Positions 8,587 through 17,377 of a DNA stretch of 32,177 nucleotides are shown piece by piece. The notes under the pieces are model-generated. The model had not been told where the DNA came from. It ran no database searches and saw nothing but the letters and a program-made list of their open reading frames with translations. Each line of letters starts with the position of its first letter. The first letter of the stretch is position 1. Source of the stretch: a virus (Duplodnaviria; Caudoviricetes); the IMG/VR virus record IMGVR_UViG_3300049139_000086, positions 1 through 32,177 of that record. The stretch is one strand, 5' to 3'. The position numbers and the translations under genes are program-made.

Positions 8587-8669
8587 GCAGACCACACTCT
8601 TTGATGGGGCGTCGCCGAGTGGCTTCCGCTGCCAGGCTTAGATCACATGAGGGGGCTGGTCGGTCCCTC
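8587..8669 (-). ncRNA. Putative pseudoknotted leader RNA upstream of the scaffold/capsid genes
   Basis: Hairpin GAGGG/CCCUC, whose loop CCAG can pair with downstream CUGG, followed by a GCGGA..CACUC/GAGUG..UCUGC stem with a CCCC-containing loop. Confidence 0.45.
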
Positions 8670-8675
8670 TATGGG

Positions 8676-8746
8676 CTCCCTGCCAAGGGGTCGAACCTCG
8701 GTTGCGCGGTCCAGGGCCGCGAGTCTTGCCATTAGACGAACAGGGA
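8676..8746 (-). tRNA. tRNA-Gln(CUG) with atypical C33; CCA not cleanly encoded
   Basis: Cloverleaf: UCCCUGU/GCAGGGA acceptor, GUCU/AGAC D stem, CGCGG-CCCUGGA-CCGCG anticodon arm, CGAGG-UUCGACC-CCUUG T arm. Confidence 0.9.
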
Positions 8747-8803
8747 TAGATAGGGCGTGCTAGCATCCACAGCACTTAGCCCATCAAGACAGGGCGAAGG
8801 CAC

Positions 8804-8866
8804 GAAGAGCCCCCGTAGGAGCCAGCCGTAACGGCGCATGGTGACCGCAAGGGGGCTCTTCTTTTT
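8804..8866. terminator. 11-bp perfect inverted repeat with internal hairpin; U-tract on the plus strand
   Basis: GAAGAGCCCCC (8804-8814) and GGGGGCTCTTC (8851-8861) followed by TTTTT, enclosing GCCGTAACGGC. Confidence 0.45.
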
Positions 8867-8891
8867 GTCTGAAGGCAGACGAGATGAGCGC

Positions 8892-9013
8892 TAGGGCCGT
8901 CTCGCCGGGCTCCCCGCCAGCTTCGTAGGCATAGACGGGGCATCCGGACTCCAGACTCCTCTAACCCGCTAAGCGGGCTGCGTGCTACTGGCCAAGGCCA
9001 GGACTACAGCCCT
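8892..9013 (-). ncRNA. ~120-nt structured tRNA-like RNA with an Arg(ACG)-type anticodon loop
   Basis: Closing helix AGGGCUGU/ACGGCCCU; hairpins CUGGCC/GGCCAG and AGCCCGC/GCGGGUU; arm CCCCGUC/GGCGGGG capped by CU-ACG-AA. The G-U pairs form only on the minus strand. Confidence 0.5.
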
Positions 9014-9015
9014 CG

Positions 9016-9088
9016 CACAGCCCCCAGGAGTCGAACCCGGATCTTGCCGCTTTGGAGGCGGCAGCTCTGCCGATTGAGCTAGGGCTAT
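9016..9088 (-). tRNA. tRNA-Trp(CCA); CCA end not encoded
   Basis: Cloverleaf: AUAGCCC/GGGCUGU acceptor, GCUC/GAGC D stem, GCCGC-CUCCAAA-GCGGC anticodon arm, CCGGG-UUCGACU-CCUGG T arm, G discriminator. Confidence 0.93.
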
Positions 9089-9148
9089 AAGGGTGGGCGT
9101 CACAATGATCGTTTAAGCTCGCATCTCAGCGCGAGCCCCACCGAGCTA

Positions 9149-9457
9149 TCAGGCGGCAGGCTCCAGAATGAGCCAGCCAACCTCAGCAACATCAGTCGCC
9201 TGGCTGGACAGGATCGTGAACGAAGTGCCCGCGGTGCGGGCCGACACGATCGGGAAACCCTCGGTACCAGCGGCAAGGCCCTGCGTGGTCACAAGGATGA
9301 TGCTGTCGTCCGTGACAAGAGTGTTTGCAACCGTGACAGTGCCGGCAACTAGAGTCGCCGTGCCCATCCGCTGATTAGACCCAGACGGGACAGACGCCAG
9401 GATGTCGGCAGCCGTCAGGTTACCGGTCAGCTCGTTAACGCTAGAAACATGAGACAT
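9149..9457 (-). CDS. Small beta-rich structural protein resembling an actinophage fibre C-terminal domain
   Basis: AAGGA SD; pattern RMGTATLVAGTVTVANT...SARTAGTSFTI.SS..TD...VGWLILEP. Confidence 0.7.
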   Translation of the reverse strand: MSHVSSVNELTGNLTAADILASVPSGSNQRMGTATLVAGTVTVANTLVTDDSIILVTTQGLAAGTEGFPIVSARTAGTSFTILSSQATDVAEVGWLILEPAA

Positions 9458-9469
9458 TGATCAATATCC

Positions 9470-10537
9470 TTAGTACTCGCCGCGGGTCTTGCCCGCGAGC
9501 GCCTTATCTCCTACGCCACTTCGGCCGGAGAAACGTGATGCTTCCTTGAGTGAAAGCCGCTTGCGCTTCGCGGAAGCGAGCCCCGAGCCTCCGAGAAGTT
9601 CGTCTTCCATATCGGTTTGCCCGTACGACTCGCCATACAAGGCGCCCAAACGTCCGGCTGCATCCTTGTTCTCTGCGATGTTCTGATACGCCTGACGAGC
9701 CTGGTCAGCGCTAACGCCCAAATCGGCGTAGTACTCGGCCCTCTGCTGCGTGATACCGAGCGAATTCCTGGCAGCCTCGGCGCCCACCTGTGCGGCGCGA
9801 ACCTGCTTCTGAAGCAGAGGCAGAGCCTTTTTCCCGTCGAGCATGTAGGCGACTAGATCGCCATCGCCCAGGCCATAGGACTTGAGCGTCTGAAGATAGT
9901 GCGAGTCGGAGCTGTAGAGCGCAGACGAGGCGAGAGACACACGCTCCTGGATCTCAGCCGGCGACACGTCGCCAGCAATCCACGTCGTGAAATCGCTGTA
10001 GTCGTCATAGAAGCCTTCAGGCATACCGGCCGACGACATGAGCTGACGATACTGCCGCTCAAGCGCAAGATATTCAGCCGGAGGAAGGACAGGAAGGCCC
10101 GCAGCCTTCCGCTGCTCATTGCCGGCGAACCGGGTTTTGTATTCCGGCGTGTCCTGGATCATGAGCATGATCGTGTCAGCGTCGTAACCGTCCTGAATGT
10201 ATTTCAGGATGACAGGCGCGAGCCCTTCCAACCCCCAGCCGGAGAACAGCCGATTAAGGTATTCGTAGGCGTTGCGCTGCTCGTTATTCTGGGCAGTGCT
10301 GCTAGTCGAACCAGCCGCCGCCGCACCTGCGGCCGGAGGCCCGCTAGGCGCCGATCCATGCGTGGTAACCGAACCATTGGGGTAATCCTGCGAATAAGGC
10401 TGATTCGGGAAAGTGCTAGTGTACGCGTCTGTGAAACCGGGAAGCTGCTCCGGCCCCGACTGGCTTAGCTTGGGAGGCGCCGAGCCCTCTTCATACCAGA
10501 CGTAAGACATGTTGTGCGGGTCAAATTTGTAGGGCAT
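9470..10537 (-). CDS. Putative internal virion (ejection) protein, 355 aa
   Basis: Coupled helical ORF with motifs YKTRFAGNEQR..AGL.VL.PAEYL.LE..Y and GDVSP.E...RV, in the block between portal and scaffold. Confidence 0.65.
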   Translation of the reverse strand: MPYKFDPHNMSYVWYEEGSAPPKLSQSGPEQLPGFTDAYTSTFPNQPYSQDYPNGSVTTHGSAPSGPPAAGAAAAGSTSSTAQNNEQRNAYEYLNRLFSGWGLEGLAPVILKYIQDGYDADTIMLMIQDTPEYKTRFAGNEQRKAAGLPVLPPAEYLALERQYRQLMSSAGMPEGFYDDYSDFTTWIAGDVSPAEIQERVSLASSALYSSDSHYLQTLKSYGLGDGDLVAYMLDGKKALPLLQKQVRAAQVGAEAARNSLGITQQRAEYYADLGVSADQARQAYQNIAENKDAAGRLGALYGESYGQTDMEDELLGGSGLASAKRKRLSLKEASRFSGRSGVGDKALAGKTRGEY

Positions 10538-11397
10538 TAGAACGTCATCCCAAACATTTGGCCGATCGTCCTACCCGTGGAGTTGAGCGACGTCCGAGCA
10601 TTGTTAGTCTGTAGCCATCTCGGGTCCTTGCGGAGTTTGTTCTCAAACTCCCACAGCGGCATCATCGTCGGCTTGCCATCAGCACCAGCGCCATTAAGGG
10701 CGCTGCGGATCGTCGGGTCATCCAGCTTCAGAGCTCCCGCATTGACTTCAAGTAGCCGGCCCATCGTCTGCATGTAAGGGTCCGCAATGTCTTTGACAGT
10801 CATACCGCCCTTGATCTGCTCCGCAAGATTCGGGAAAGCAGACATGGCGAGCTTCTGGATATAACCCTTGTAGTCCTGGAGAGTTCGGGTGCCGTTGATG
10901 ATTCCCTTCAGCCAGCCGTGAAGCTGGCCGGAATCAACCTTGATCCCCATCGAATACGCGTACTGCTCAAGCTGGACTTGAGCCTCGCCGGCGTCGCCGC
11001 CGTACTGACCGCTCTTGCTCTTCAGGTGCTTAGCAAGTTCCTGCTTGAGCTTGCTATTCGACCAGCCGAACATGAGCGCGTCTTCCGCCATGTCCCACAT
11101 AGCCTGCCAATTAGGCTTGACACCCATGCTGCCGGCTAGAGACTGAATCTCCGAATAGATCGTACGGACACGCTCACGCCAGGTATTCGGGTCAGTGTGC
11201 TTGAGAGCCAGCGTTTTACGCGCTGTCTCCCCGTTCTTCTGATACCACGAAGTCTTCTTGAGCTCGGAGACAAACTTAGACGCAGTCCAATTGCCCTTGG
11301 TCGCCTTCTGAAACAGATTCCACAGAGAGTTATCGCTCTTGAGCAGGCTCAGCGCCCACCCGTAATAGTCAGCCCATTCGGCTTGTGTCTTAGCCAC
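10537..11397 (-). CDS. Putative internal virion protein, 286 aa
   Basis: Coupled helical ORF with motifs I.GG.TV.DIADPY.Q.M..LLE and LWEFE..LRKDPRW..TNNAR. Confidence 0.65.
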   Translation of the reverse strand: MAKTQAEWADYYGWALSLLKSDNSLWNLFQKATKGNWTASKFVSELKKTSWYQKNGETARKTLALKHTDPNTWRERVRTIYSEIQSLAGSMGVKPNWQAMWDMAEDALMFGWSNSKLKQELAKHLKSKSGQYGGDAGEAQVQLEQYAYSMGIKVDSGQLHGWLKGIINGTRTLQDYKGYIQKLAMSAFPNLAEQIKGGMTVKDIADPYMQTMGRLLEVNAGALKLDDPTIRSALNGAGADGKPTMMPLWEFENKLRKDPRWLQTNNARTSLNSTGRTIGQMFGMTF

Positions 11398-12033
11398 TTA
11401 GTAATCCAATTTAACGCCCCAGGCGTTGCCTTTGCCGCTGATCTCGTTCGAGCCCAGCTTGCGAATGCGGACATGCCCGCCAGGGCGAGGAGCCTCAAGG
11501 ACCATTCCGTCACCCAGGTAGAGCGCGATATGATCCGCGCCGCGCTGGGCGGCGTTGTTCTCCCAAGCGATGAGGTCGCCAGCCTGCAAGGCGCTGATAG
11601 CCGTGCGCTTACCGCGCTCGGCCTGCGCCATGGACACGCGAGGAATATCAATGCCCGCCTTTTTGAAGGCGTAGAAGAGAAGACCGCTACAGTCGTAGCC
11701 GCCTTCAGAATCGCTCTCGCCACCCCAGACATATTTCATCCCGAGCTTTTCCCTGGCGAACTCGATCACAGATTTACGCTTACCGGCAGCCCCTTCAGGG
11801 GCGAGCGCCTTGCGCTCCGCCGCACGCTGCTTCTCCAGCTCTTCAATGACATCTAGGGGGTTGTCCTGCATTTGCAGGACCCCAGGCGCGATAGTGCCCG
11901 TGTCGCCGTCGAGACCAGAAGTAGAGTCAACGCCGGTAGCGACATCAGGTGACAAGCCCGCGGGGATGTTCGCGGAGAGCTGCCATTCGAGGGGGATCTG
12001 AAAATCGGTGGCGACCGTAGGAGGCCACGGCAT
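11398..12033 (-). CDS. NlpC/P60 (C40) peptidoglycan hydrolase, probably virion-associated
   Basis: YVWGGE..GYDCSGL (catalytic Cys), GDLI, HIALYLG (His) and EAP. The real start is ATG 12033 in a TAATG overlap. Confidence 0.9.
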   Translation of the reverse strand: MPWPPTVATDFQIPLEWQLSANIPAGLSPDVATGVDSTSGLDGDTGTIAPGVLQMQDNPLDVIEELEKQRAAERKALAPEGAAGKRKSVIEFAREKLGMKYVWGGESDSEGGYDCSGLLFYAFKKAGIDIPRVSMAQAERGKRTAISALQAGDLIAWENNAAQRGADHIALYLGDGMVLEAPRPGGHVRIRKLGSNEISGKGNAWGVKLDY

Positions 12034-13058
12034 TATACCGGCGCCCCAAGCGCCGCATAGAACGCCGGCATGTAGGTAGACAAAGCCTGGTAAGACCCCG
12101 CCTCTTCCTTGTTGTGACCCATGGACCACTCTTCAGCAAAGCTCGTAGCGTTCACGCCGCCAGACGTTTCGGTGTTCGACGACTGGCTAATGTTCTCCGT
12201 GCCCGAACCGCTCACGGTCGTTGTCGTCTTCGTGGTCGTCGGCTCTTTCTTCTCGGCCGAGTTCAGAGCCTCAAGAAACTTCTTCTTCTCGTCCTTCGTT
12301 GCGGAGCGCCCAAGGCGCTGCGCCAGGGCAGCATCAACAAGCGTGTTAGCGTCACGAGGCGAAGAGAGATTCGTTGACTTGGAAATGCTCGTCGTGGTCA
12401 CAGGGCCGAGAGCCGCCTTAGTGGCGTCGGTCCCGTCCTTGCCATAGCGCTGTAGGAGCTGCCACGGAGTGACAGTCATACCGCGTTCCCACATCTTTGC
12501 CGACCGGATAGCGAGCGCTTGCCACACGGATTCGAGCGCATCCAAGTTCTTTGTCGGCTCGCGAAGCAAGCCGGCATCCACGGCCAGATTGGAGAACTTT
12601 TCGAGCTTCTTAGCTCCCCAAGTATTGATCTGCGCCGTAACCTCGGCGATGTCTTCCAGCTTCGGGGCGCGCCCCCAGTTCTGGCCGCGCTGCACATTCT
12701 TCGTGCCGACGTACACTTTGCCGGTGGGCAGCGTCCCGTAAAGGTCGCTGTTCACCTTCACAGCATCGGCGCTAGTCAGCGCACGCTGTTGCGCGGTCTC
12801 GTCATCCCTCGCGTTCGGATTCTTCGGAGGCGCCTTGGCCGTAGTCGTAGCCTTGGCCGTAGGGCTCGGGGAAGGGCTCGGCGAGGGAACCGGCTGCGCC
12901 TGCTCCCTATACGCCTGCTCCTGCTTTGCTACCTCATCGGCGACATTCTTGCCCGTCGAAGCCATGCCAGGCAGCCAGGCATTGGACACGCCAATATGGC
13001 CGGTCTTCTCCGAGCCGAACATGATTTCTAGAAGGTTACTCCACCAGTCGTCAGCCAT
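12033..13058 (-). CDS. Putative internal virion protein, 341 aa
   Basis: Coupled ORF with a PSPSPS linker and LGRSATKDEKKKF..ALNSAEKKEP followed by a Thr-rich segment. Confidence 0.7.
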   Translation of the reverse strand: MADDWWSNLLEIMFGSEKTGHIGVSNAWLPGMASTGKNVADEVAKQEQAYREQAQPVPSPSPSPSPTAKATTTAKAPPKNPNARDDETAQQRALTSADAVKVNSDLYGTLPTGKVYVGTKNVQRGQNWGRAPKLEDIAEVTAQINTWGAKKLEKFSNLAVDAGLLREPTKNLDALESVWQALAIRSAKMWERGMTVTPWQLLQRYGKDGTDATKAALGPVTTTSISKSTNLSSPRDANTLVDAALAQRLGRSATKDEKKKFLEALNSAEKKEPTTTKTTTTVSGSGTENISQSSNTETSGGVNATSFAEEWSMGHNKEEAGSYQALSTYMPAFYAALGAPV

Positions 13059-13060
13059 TA

Positions 13061-16000
13061 TCAGTCCTGCAATTCATCCCGCGCCAGGTAACGCCAGTAA
13101 AGGTCACCGAATCGCGTATCGCTCGCGGCGAAAGCCCGCTTAACCTGGTCCCACTGCTGGGCCAGGGGGGCATTAGCTTCCGCATCCAAAGTGTGAGGTC
13201 TGCCCGCCGCCTTCAAGGCGCCAAGCTGCGCGACGAACAAGTCGCGCGTAGCGATGTACTCGCCGAGAACACGAAGATCCGTACGCATGGGATTCTCGAT
13301 CAGCTTCGGTTCAGCCGACAGCTTGCGGAACACCTCAATACGCTTCGGCATAGCCGCGCGATCGCTCGTGTTGTAGTCGTCAAGCCATTCCGTGTGCTCT
13401 TCGCCGATGAAAGAGACGATCGCCTGGCGAGCTGCGGTGAGCTGCTTGCTTGAGTACTTACCCGACTCTTCCATGGAGGTAAGAATCGCCCCGTACTTCT
13501 GGAACTTCATCCAACCCAGCTTGCGCTGATTGTCTGCGATGGCTTCCATGGGGTTCCGCTTCTCGCGGGCCATCAGATTCGAGCCAGGCTTGACCGACTG
13601 GCCGAACTGGAAATCATGAATGTACTGGTTGAACTTACCTGTGTTGGCGTCAGGGCCGACAATCAGCGCCCCGTATTCCGGGTTCGCTGCAATCAGATCC
13701 TTGTATTCCTTGCTCGCCAGATAGGCCGACTCCGTAGCCTTCAAGCCGACGTTGTTCTTACTCAGAGCAGTCGTGAACAGGTACAGGTCATCGCCGTACT
13801 TCTCATAAAAGACCTCGTCGGCCTGATCGCCGTGCACCTCGGCAAGCTGCCTGTACTGATCAATGTAGAACTGATAAGGCGTCTGCAAGTCTGCTGTGAA
13901 AGGCAGAAAGAACCGAGTGAACGAACGGATCTTGAATGCCGCATCTGTGCGGCGCTGGATTTCCTTCGCGAACTTCACAGGCGAGGGGCGAGTACGCTGC
14001 CCTGTCCTAACCCGCATTTCCTCAGTTTGGAGAATGTTCATATACGTGAACGCATACGCGGGATCTTCCAAACCTTCGGCCGAGTTGATCCCTTGCTTGA
14101 GCCAGCCAGGCAACATCACATCGGCAACGCTCGTCGGCCCGAACGGAATAGCCCACTCGTAAACCTGCTTGATGTTCGGCGCCCTCTTGGCAATCTCGCT
14201 GACGCTAACCTGCGTCAACGGGCCGGCACCGGGAAGCCACCAAGGCGTACCCTGAAGAATCAGGTTGAGGCTACTCTTCGGGATCGGTAGTGCGCCGTAC
14301 TCCTCGGCGCCAGGAATAACCTTCTGAATCCACTTAGGAATTCTGGCGACAATACGTTCGTTGCTGTCGATCGTCGGGTCTGACTGGTGCCACTTGCCTT
14401 CAACGTCGGTGTAACCCCACTGCTGCCGGCCGTCGATAGACTTCTGACTGATCTGCCGGCCCTGCTCGTCAACGACAGAGATCCGCGGAACCCTGTTCCC
14501 CGCCTCGTCTTCGGTCATGCCAAAATTCATCTGATTCGGCGCTTCATAGATCTTGGAGCCGATGAACAACAGTTGCGGCTTGTCCATGGCAAGCCGACTC
14601 CACTTAGTGAGCGAGTCTTCCCAAGCGCTGAAAAAGCTCGTGGTGAAACGCGCCGCGTGAGCGGCATTGCTCTTCGTGCTCACGTCATAGAGAAGGTTCT
14701 GCACTCCCTTGAGCGCGGTCTCCCTTGCCGTGTGCTCCATCGCCGCCAGGTCGTCACCCGTGATCAGAAGCTCATCGCCCAACTGGCGATGCAGGTTGTC
14801 ATACTGCTTGCGAACGGAGTCCTGGTACAGGCTCCGGAACGTCGGGTGACGCATCAGCTTGTCTGACGGGATCTGCGAGAGCCACTTGAACCCGGTCGAG
14901 ACGATGGAGTCCATGAACTGGTGAACCGCGCCCTGATGCAAATTCAGATCGACGGTCGGCCCGTGTACCTGCGGGCGAGCATCAACGTCAGGAAAGACCT
15001 TCTCAAGGGTCTTCGCGTCCAGCTCGCCGGCGAGCGCCAGGCGCCGGAGCGCCATCGGGTCGTCAGAGTCCCGAAGGATCGGGATGTACTGGTCAACCAC
15101 AGCTTGTGTCTCGCCGGCAAGGCGCTCAGGGTCTCGGCCCTTCGAGCCGATCCGCTTGCGGACTGCGATCCCCTCGGCGCTGGTACGTAGCCAGCGCTCT
15201 ACCTGCTCACCGGTCCAGCCTTCGAGATACCGTCGCCCGATCGCACTCTTGCCGATCTGGTTATTGATCGCATAGACCCACGAGTCGAGATGGTCAGGGT
15301 CACCGGGGTTCTTCACATCCCAGTGCGCGTAGTCGCTTCTAAGCTTCTCGATGATCTCGCCGCTGGTCCTGGCGATAGCCTCATAGCTGCCGCCAACGAC
15401 CTGCCGGTACACATCGCCGCGGCCCTCGTACGGGCCGGCGATCTGACGACCTCGGTACGCAAAACCCGTCTCACCGATCGTCCGAACGGACTCGATGTCT
15501 CGCCCCAGCTCGTCAACCTGCGAGCGAAGCACCTCTGCGACATGCGCAGGGCTGCCCACCTCTTCAAGGCTGAGAGCCGTCCGCTTCAAGCCGGCCTTGA
15601 CGTTCCGCGCTCTCTGACCGAGCGCACCCTTGGCAGGGCTGAACGTAGACCAGGACTGACCGTCCGCGGTCAGCATGTTCCGAGCGCCGGCGCTGATGTT
15701 GCCCATGATGGACATGGCACCGAGCGATGCCCAGATGCGGAGCATGTCATCGGTAAGAGTCCTTACCGTATAGCCAAGGCGCATCAGGACAGAGAAGGAC
15801 CAAAGCGGGTTCAGAATGTCATAGGCTTTGTCCATGAACTCGGCGACGCTCGCCGCCGTCTTATCGAAAGCGCCAAGCGTGTCAGAGTTCATGCGGAAAG
15901 CACGGTCGTACTTTTCCAGGTCGAGCAACGGAATCGAGTTGACTTCCTGCGTCTCGAAAAGCGGAGACGTGACAGGGATCAAATCGTCATCGACGGGAAA

Positions 16001-17377
16001 GTCTTCAAACGGGAAATTGCGCTCGGTCACGGCGATATCGCCGGCGAAACGATTCTCTCGGTTCTTACGAAGCTGCGAAATGATCGAGTTGCGCTCACCG
16101 ACAGCACGTGAGGCGATCTCCGCCGCTGCATCCTCGGACAAGCCATAGGAGACAGCCATGTTCCTGATAGCCGTCGCCTCGACACGCGCCAGCAGTTCAC
16201 GCTTAGCCGTAGGGTCATGCGAGCTCATGTAACGCCGCATGAGCTCATCTTTCGTCGGAGCGTCGATAATCGAGGCAGAGTTTAGATAGGCGGCGAAAGC
16301 CGCGTGAGAGTCACCGCGGTTCGGATCGATCCAGGAAGGGGCACGCTTCTCGGAGAAGGAGCGAGCCACATGGAAAGGCATCTCTTGGATGACGCGCACA
16401 GGAAGCCCGAAAGCCTTCGGCTGGATGATCCGCTCGGCAACGCCGCTGCGAGTCTCCCAATCATAGGCAAGAGCTTTATCAGCCTTGCGAAGCTGCTTAT
16501 CTCCCGTGATGGTCTGGCCAATCATGGCGTTCCAGACGCCCCTACCTTCGCCACCGCTGCCAACGGCAGCGTTCAAAAGGTCAAGGTCTCGGCCCGTCTT
16601 CTGGGCCAACTCCTTCTGGTAGCTCATGAACCATTTGGTAGACTGCCGCTCCCACGGCATGATACGCATCGACATTTCCTCGGACCAGTCGTCAACCGTC
16701 TGGCCTAGAGTGGAGTGATGCTGCCGCCACGACTTGGCGGCCTTCCACTGCGAGTTTTTCGGGGGAAGCCCCGGAATGCTGAGCTGTTCCCATTCCTGCG
16801 CAGCACGCACGCGAGCGGACACATTGAAGTACGGAACCATTTCCTTGACGCTCTCAGCGTCAACCGGTCCCTTCATCCAATAGGGTCCACCTTCGGCGCT
16901 CGTCTTCGGAGCGATGAAATACTGTCCATCGGTGGTCTTCGGGAAGTTTCCCGCGATGCTCGGATAGTTGAACGACTGTCCGGCCGGTCCACCAGGACCG
17001 CGCGAAGGCTCCGGGCCTTCGAGGTCCATTTCCTTGCCGGCCTTGCCTTCACCCTTAACGCCAGGCTTCCCCTTCGGGAAAGCGGCAATATCGAACAGCG
17101 GAAGCTGCTCGGGATCGGGCTGGTTCACGGGAGGCTTGCGCCGAATGGCAGGCATGACCATCTTGTCGCGCCAACCCTTAGAGACTTCATACTGCATGGC
17201 GAAATTGACCTGGTTGTCAGCGCGAGCAACACGCATAGCCAGATCGTCACGCCTTTGAGCAAGCTCGCCGAGAGCGCGCTTGGAGCCGTAAGCCGTAGCG
17301 ATAATGAGCCGGCTCGTCTCCGTGTCCGCGTCCTGCAAAAGACCAGCAACCACACTGCGATAAGGGCTAGCCTTCAC
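13061..17377 (-). CDS. Large internal virion / DNA-ejection protein, 1438 aa (possibly the continuation of the upstream 237-aa ORF)
   Basis: Largest ORF, mostly helical, in the podoviral core-protein position; GTG start overlaps the upstream TGA. Confidence 0.75.
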   Translation of the reverse strand: MKASPYRSVVAGLLQDADTETSRLIIATAYGSKRALGELAQRRDDLAMRVARADNQVNFAMQYEVSKGWRDKMVMPAIRRKPPVNQPDPEQLPLFDIAAFPKGKPGVKGEGKAGKEMDLEGPEPSRGPGGPAGQSFNYPSIAGNFPKTTDGQYFIAPKTSAEGGPYWMKGPVDAESVKEMVPYFNVSARVRAAQEWEQLSIPGLPPKNSQWKAAKSWRQHHSTLGQTVDDWSEEMSMRIMPWERQSTKWFMSYQKELAQKTGRDLDLLNAAVGSGGEGRGVWNAMIGQTITGDKQLRKADKALAYDWETRSGVAERIIQPKAFGLPVRVIQEMPFHVARSFSEKRAPSWIDPNRGDSHAAFAAYLNSASIIDAPTKDELMRRYMSSHDPTAKRELLARVEATAIRNMAVSYGLSEDAAAEIASRAVGERNSIISQLRKNRENRFAGDIAVTERNFPFEDFPVDDDLIPVTSPLFETQEVNSIPLLDLEKYDRAFRMNSDTLGAFDKTAASVAEFMDKAYDILNPLWSFSVLMRLGYTVRTLTDDMLRIWASLGAMSIMGNISAGARNMLTADGQSWSTFSPAKGALGQRARNVKAGLKRTALSLEEVGSPAHVAEVLRSQVDELGRDIESVRTIGETGFAYRGRQIAGPYEGRGDVYRQVVGGSYEAIARTSGEIIEKLRSDYAHWDVKNPGDPDHLDSWVYAINNQIGKSAIGRRYLEGWTGEQVERWLRTSAEGIAVRKRIGSKGRDPERLAGETQAVVDQYIPILRDSDDPMALRRLALAGELDAKTLEKVFPDVDARPQVHGPTVDLNLHQGAVHQFMDSIVSTGFKWLSQIPSDKLMRHPTFRSLYQDSVRKQYDNLHRQLGDELLITGDDLAAMEHTARETALKGVQNLLYDVSTKSNAAHAARFTTSFFSAWEDSLTKWSRLAMDKPQLLFIGSKIYEAPNQMNFGMTEDEAGNRVPRISVVDEQGRQISQKSIDGRQQWGYTDVEGKWHQSDPTIDSNERIVARIPKWIQKVIPGAEEYGALPIPKSSLNLILQGTPWWLPGAGPLTQVSVSEIAKRAPNIKQVYEWAIPFGPTSVADVMLPGWLKQGINSAEGLEDPAYAFTYMNILQTEEMRVRTGQRTRPSPVKFAKEIQRRTDAAFKIRSFTRFFLPFTADLQTPYQFYIDQYRQLAEVHGDQADEVFYEKYGDDLYLFTTALSKNNVGLKATESAYLASKEYKDLIAANPEYGALIVGPDANTGKFNQYIHDFQFGQSVKPGSNLMAREKRNPMEAIADNQRKLGWMKFQKYGAILTSMEESGKYSSKQLTAARQAIVSFIGEEHTEWLDDYNTSDRAAMPKRIEVFRKLSAEPKLIENPMRTDLRVLGEYIATRDLFVAQLGALKAAGRPHTLDAEANAPLAQQWDQVKRAFAASDTRFGDLYWRYLARDELQD

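Noticed and set aside
8950-9013. HDV-like (theta) ribozyme after tRNA-Trp
   Set aside because: A 7-bp P1-like helix (GGGCUGU/GCAGCCC) exists, but I could not place P3/L3, P1.1 or the catalytic J4/2 C in the required order.
8747-9015. tmRNA or 5S rRNA in the inter-tRNA spacer
   Set aside because: No T-arm/CCA end or tag ORF for tmRNA; branching pattern and conserved loops do not match 5S.
13061-17377. Tape measure protein or virion RNA polymerase
   Set aside because: It lies between portal and scaffold with no tail tube or chaperone genes, shows no tape-measure periodicity, and I found no convincing polymerase motifs.
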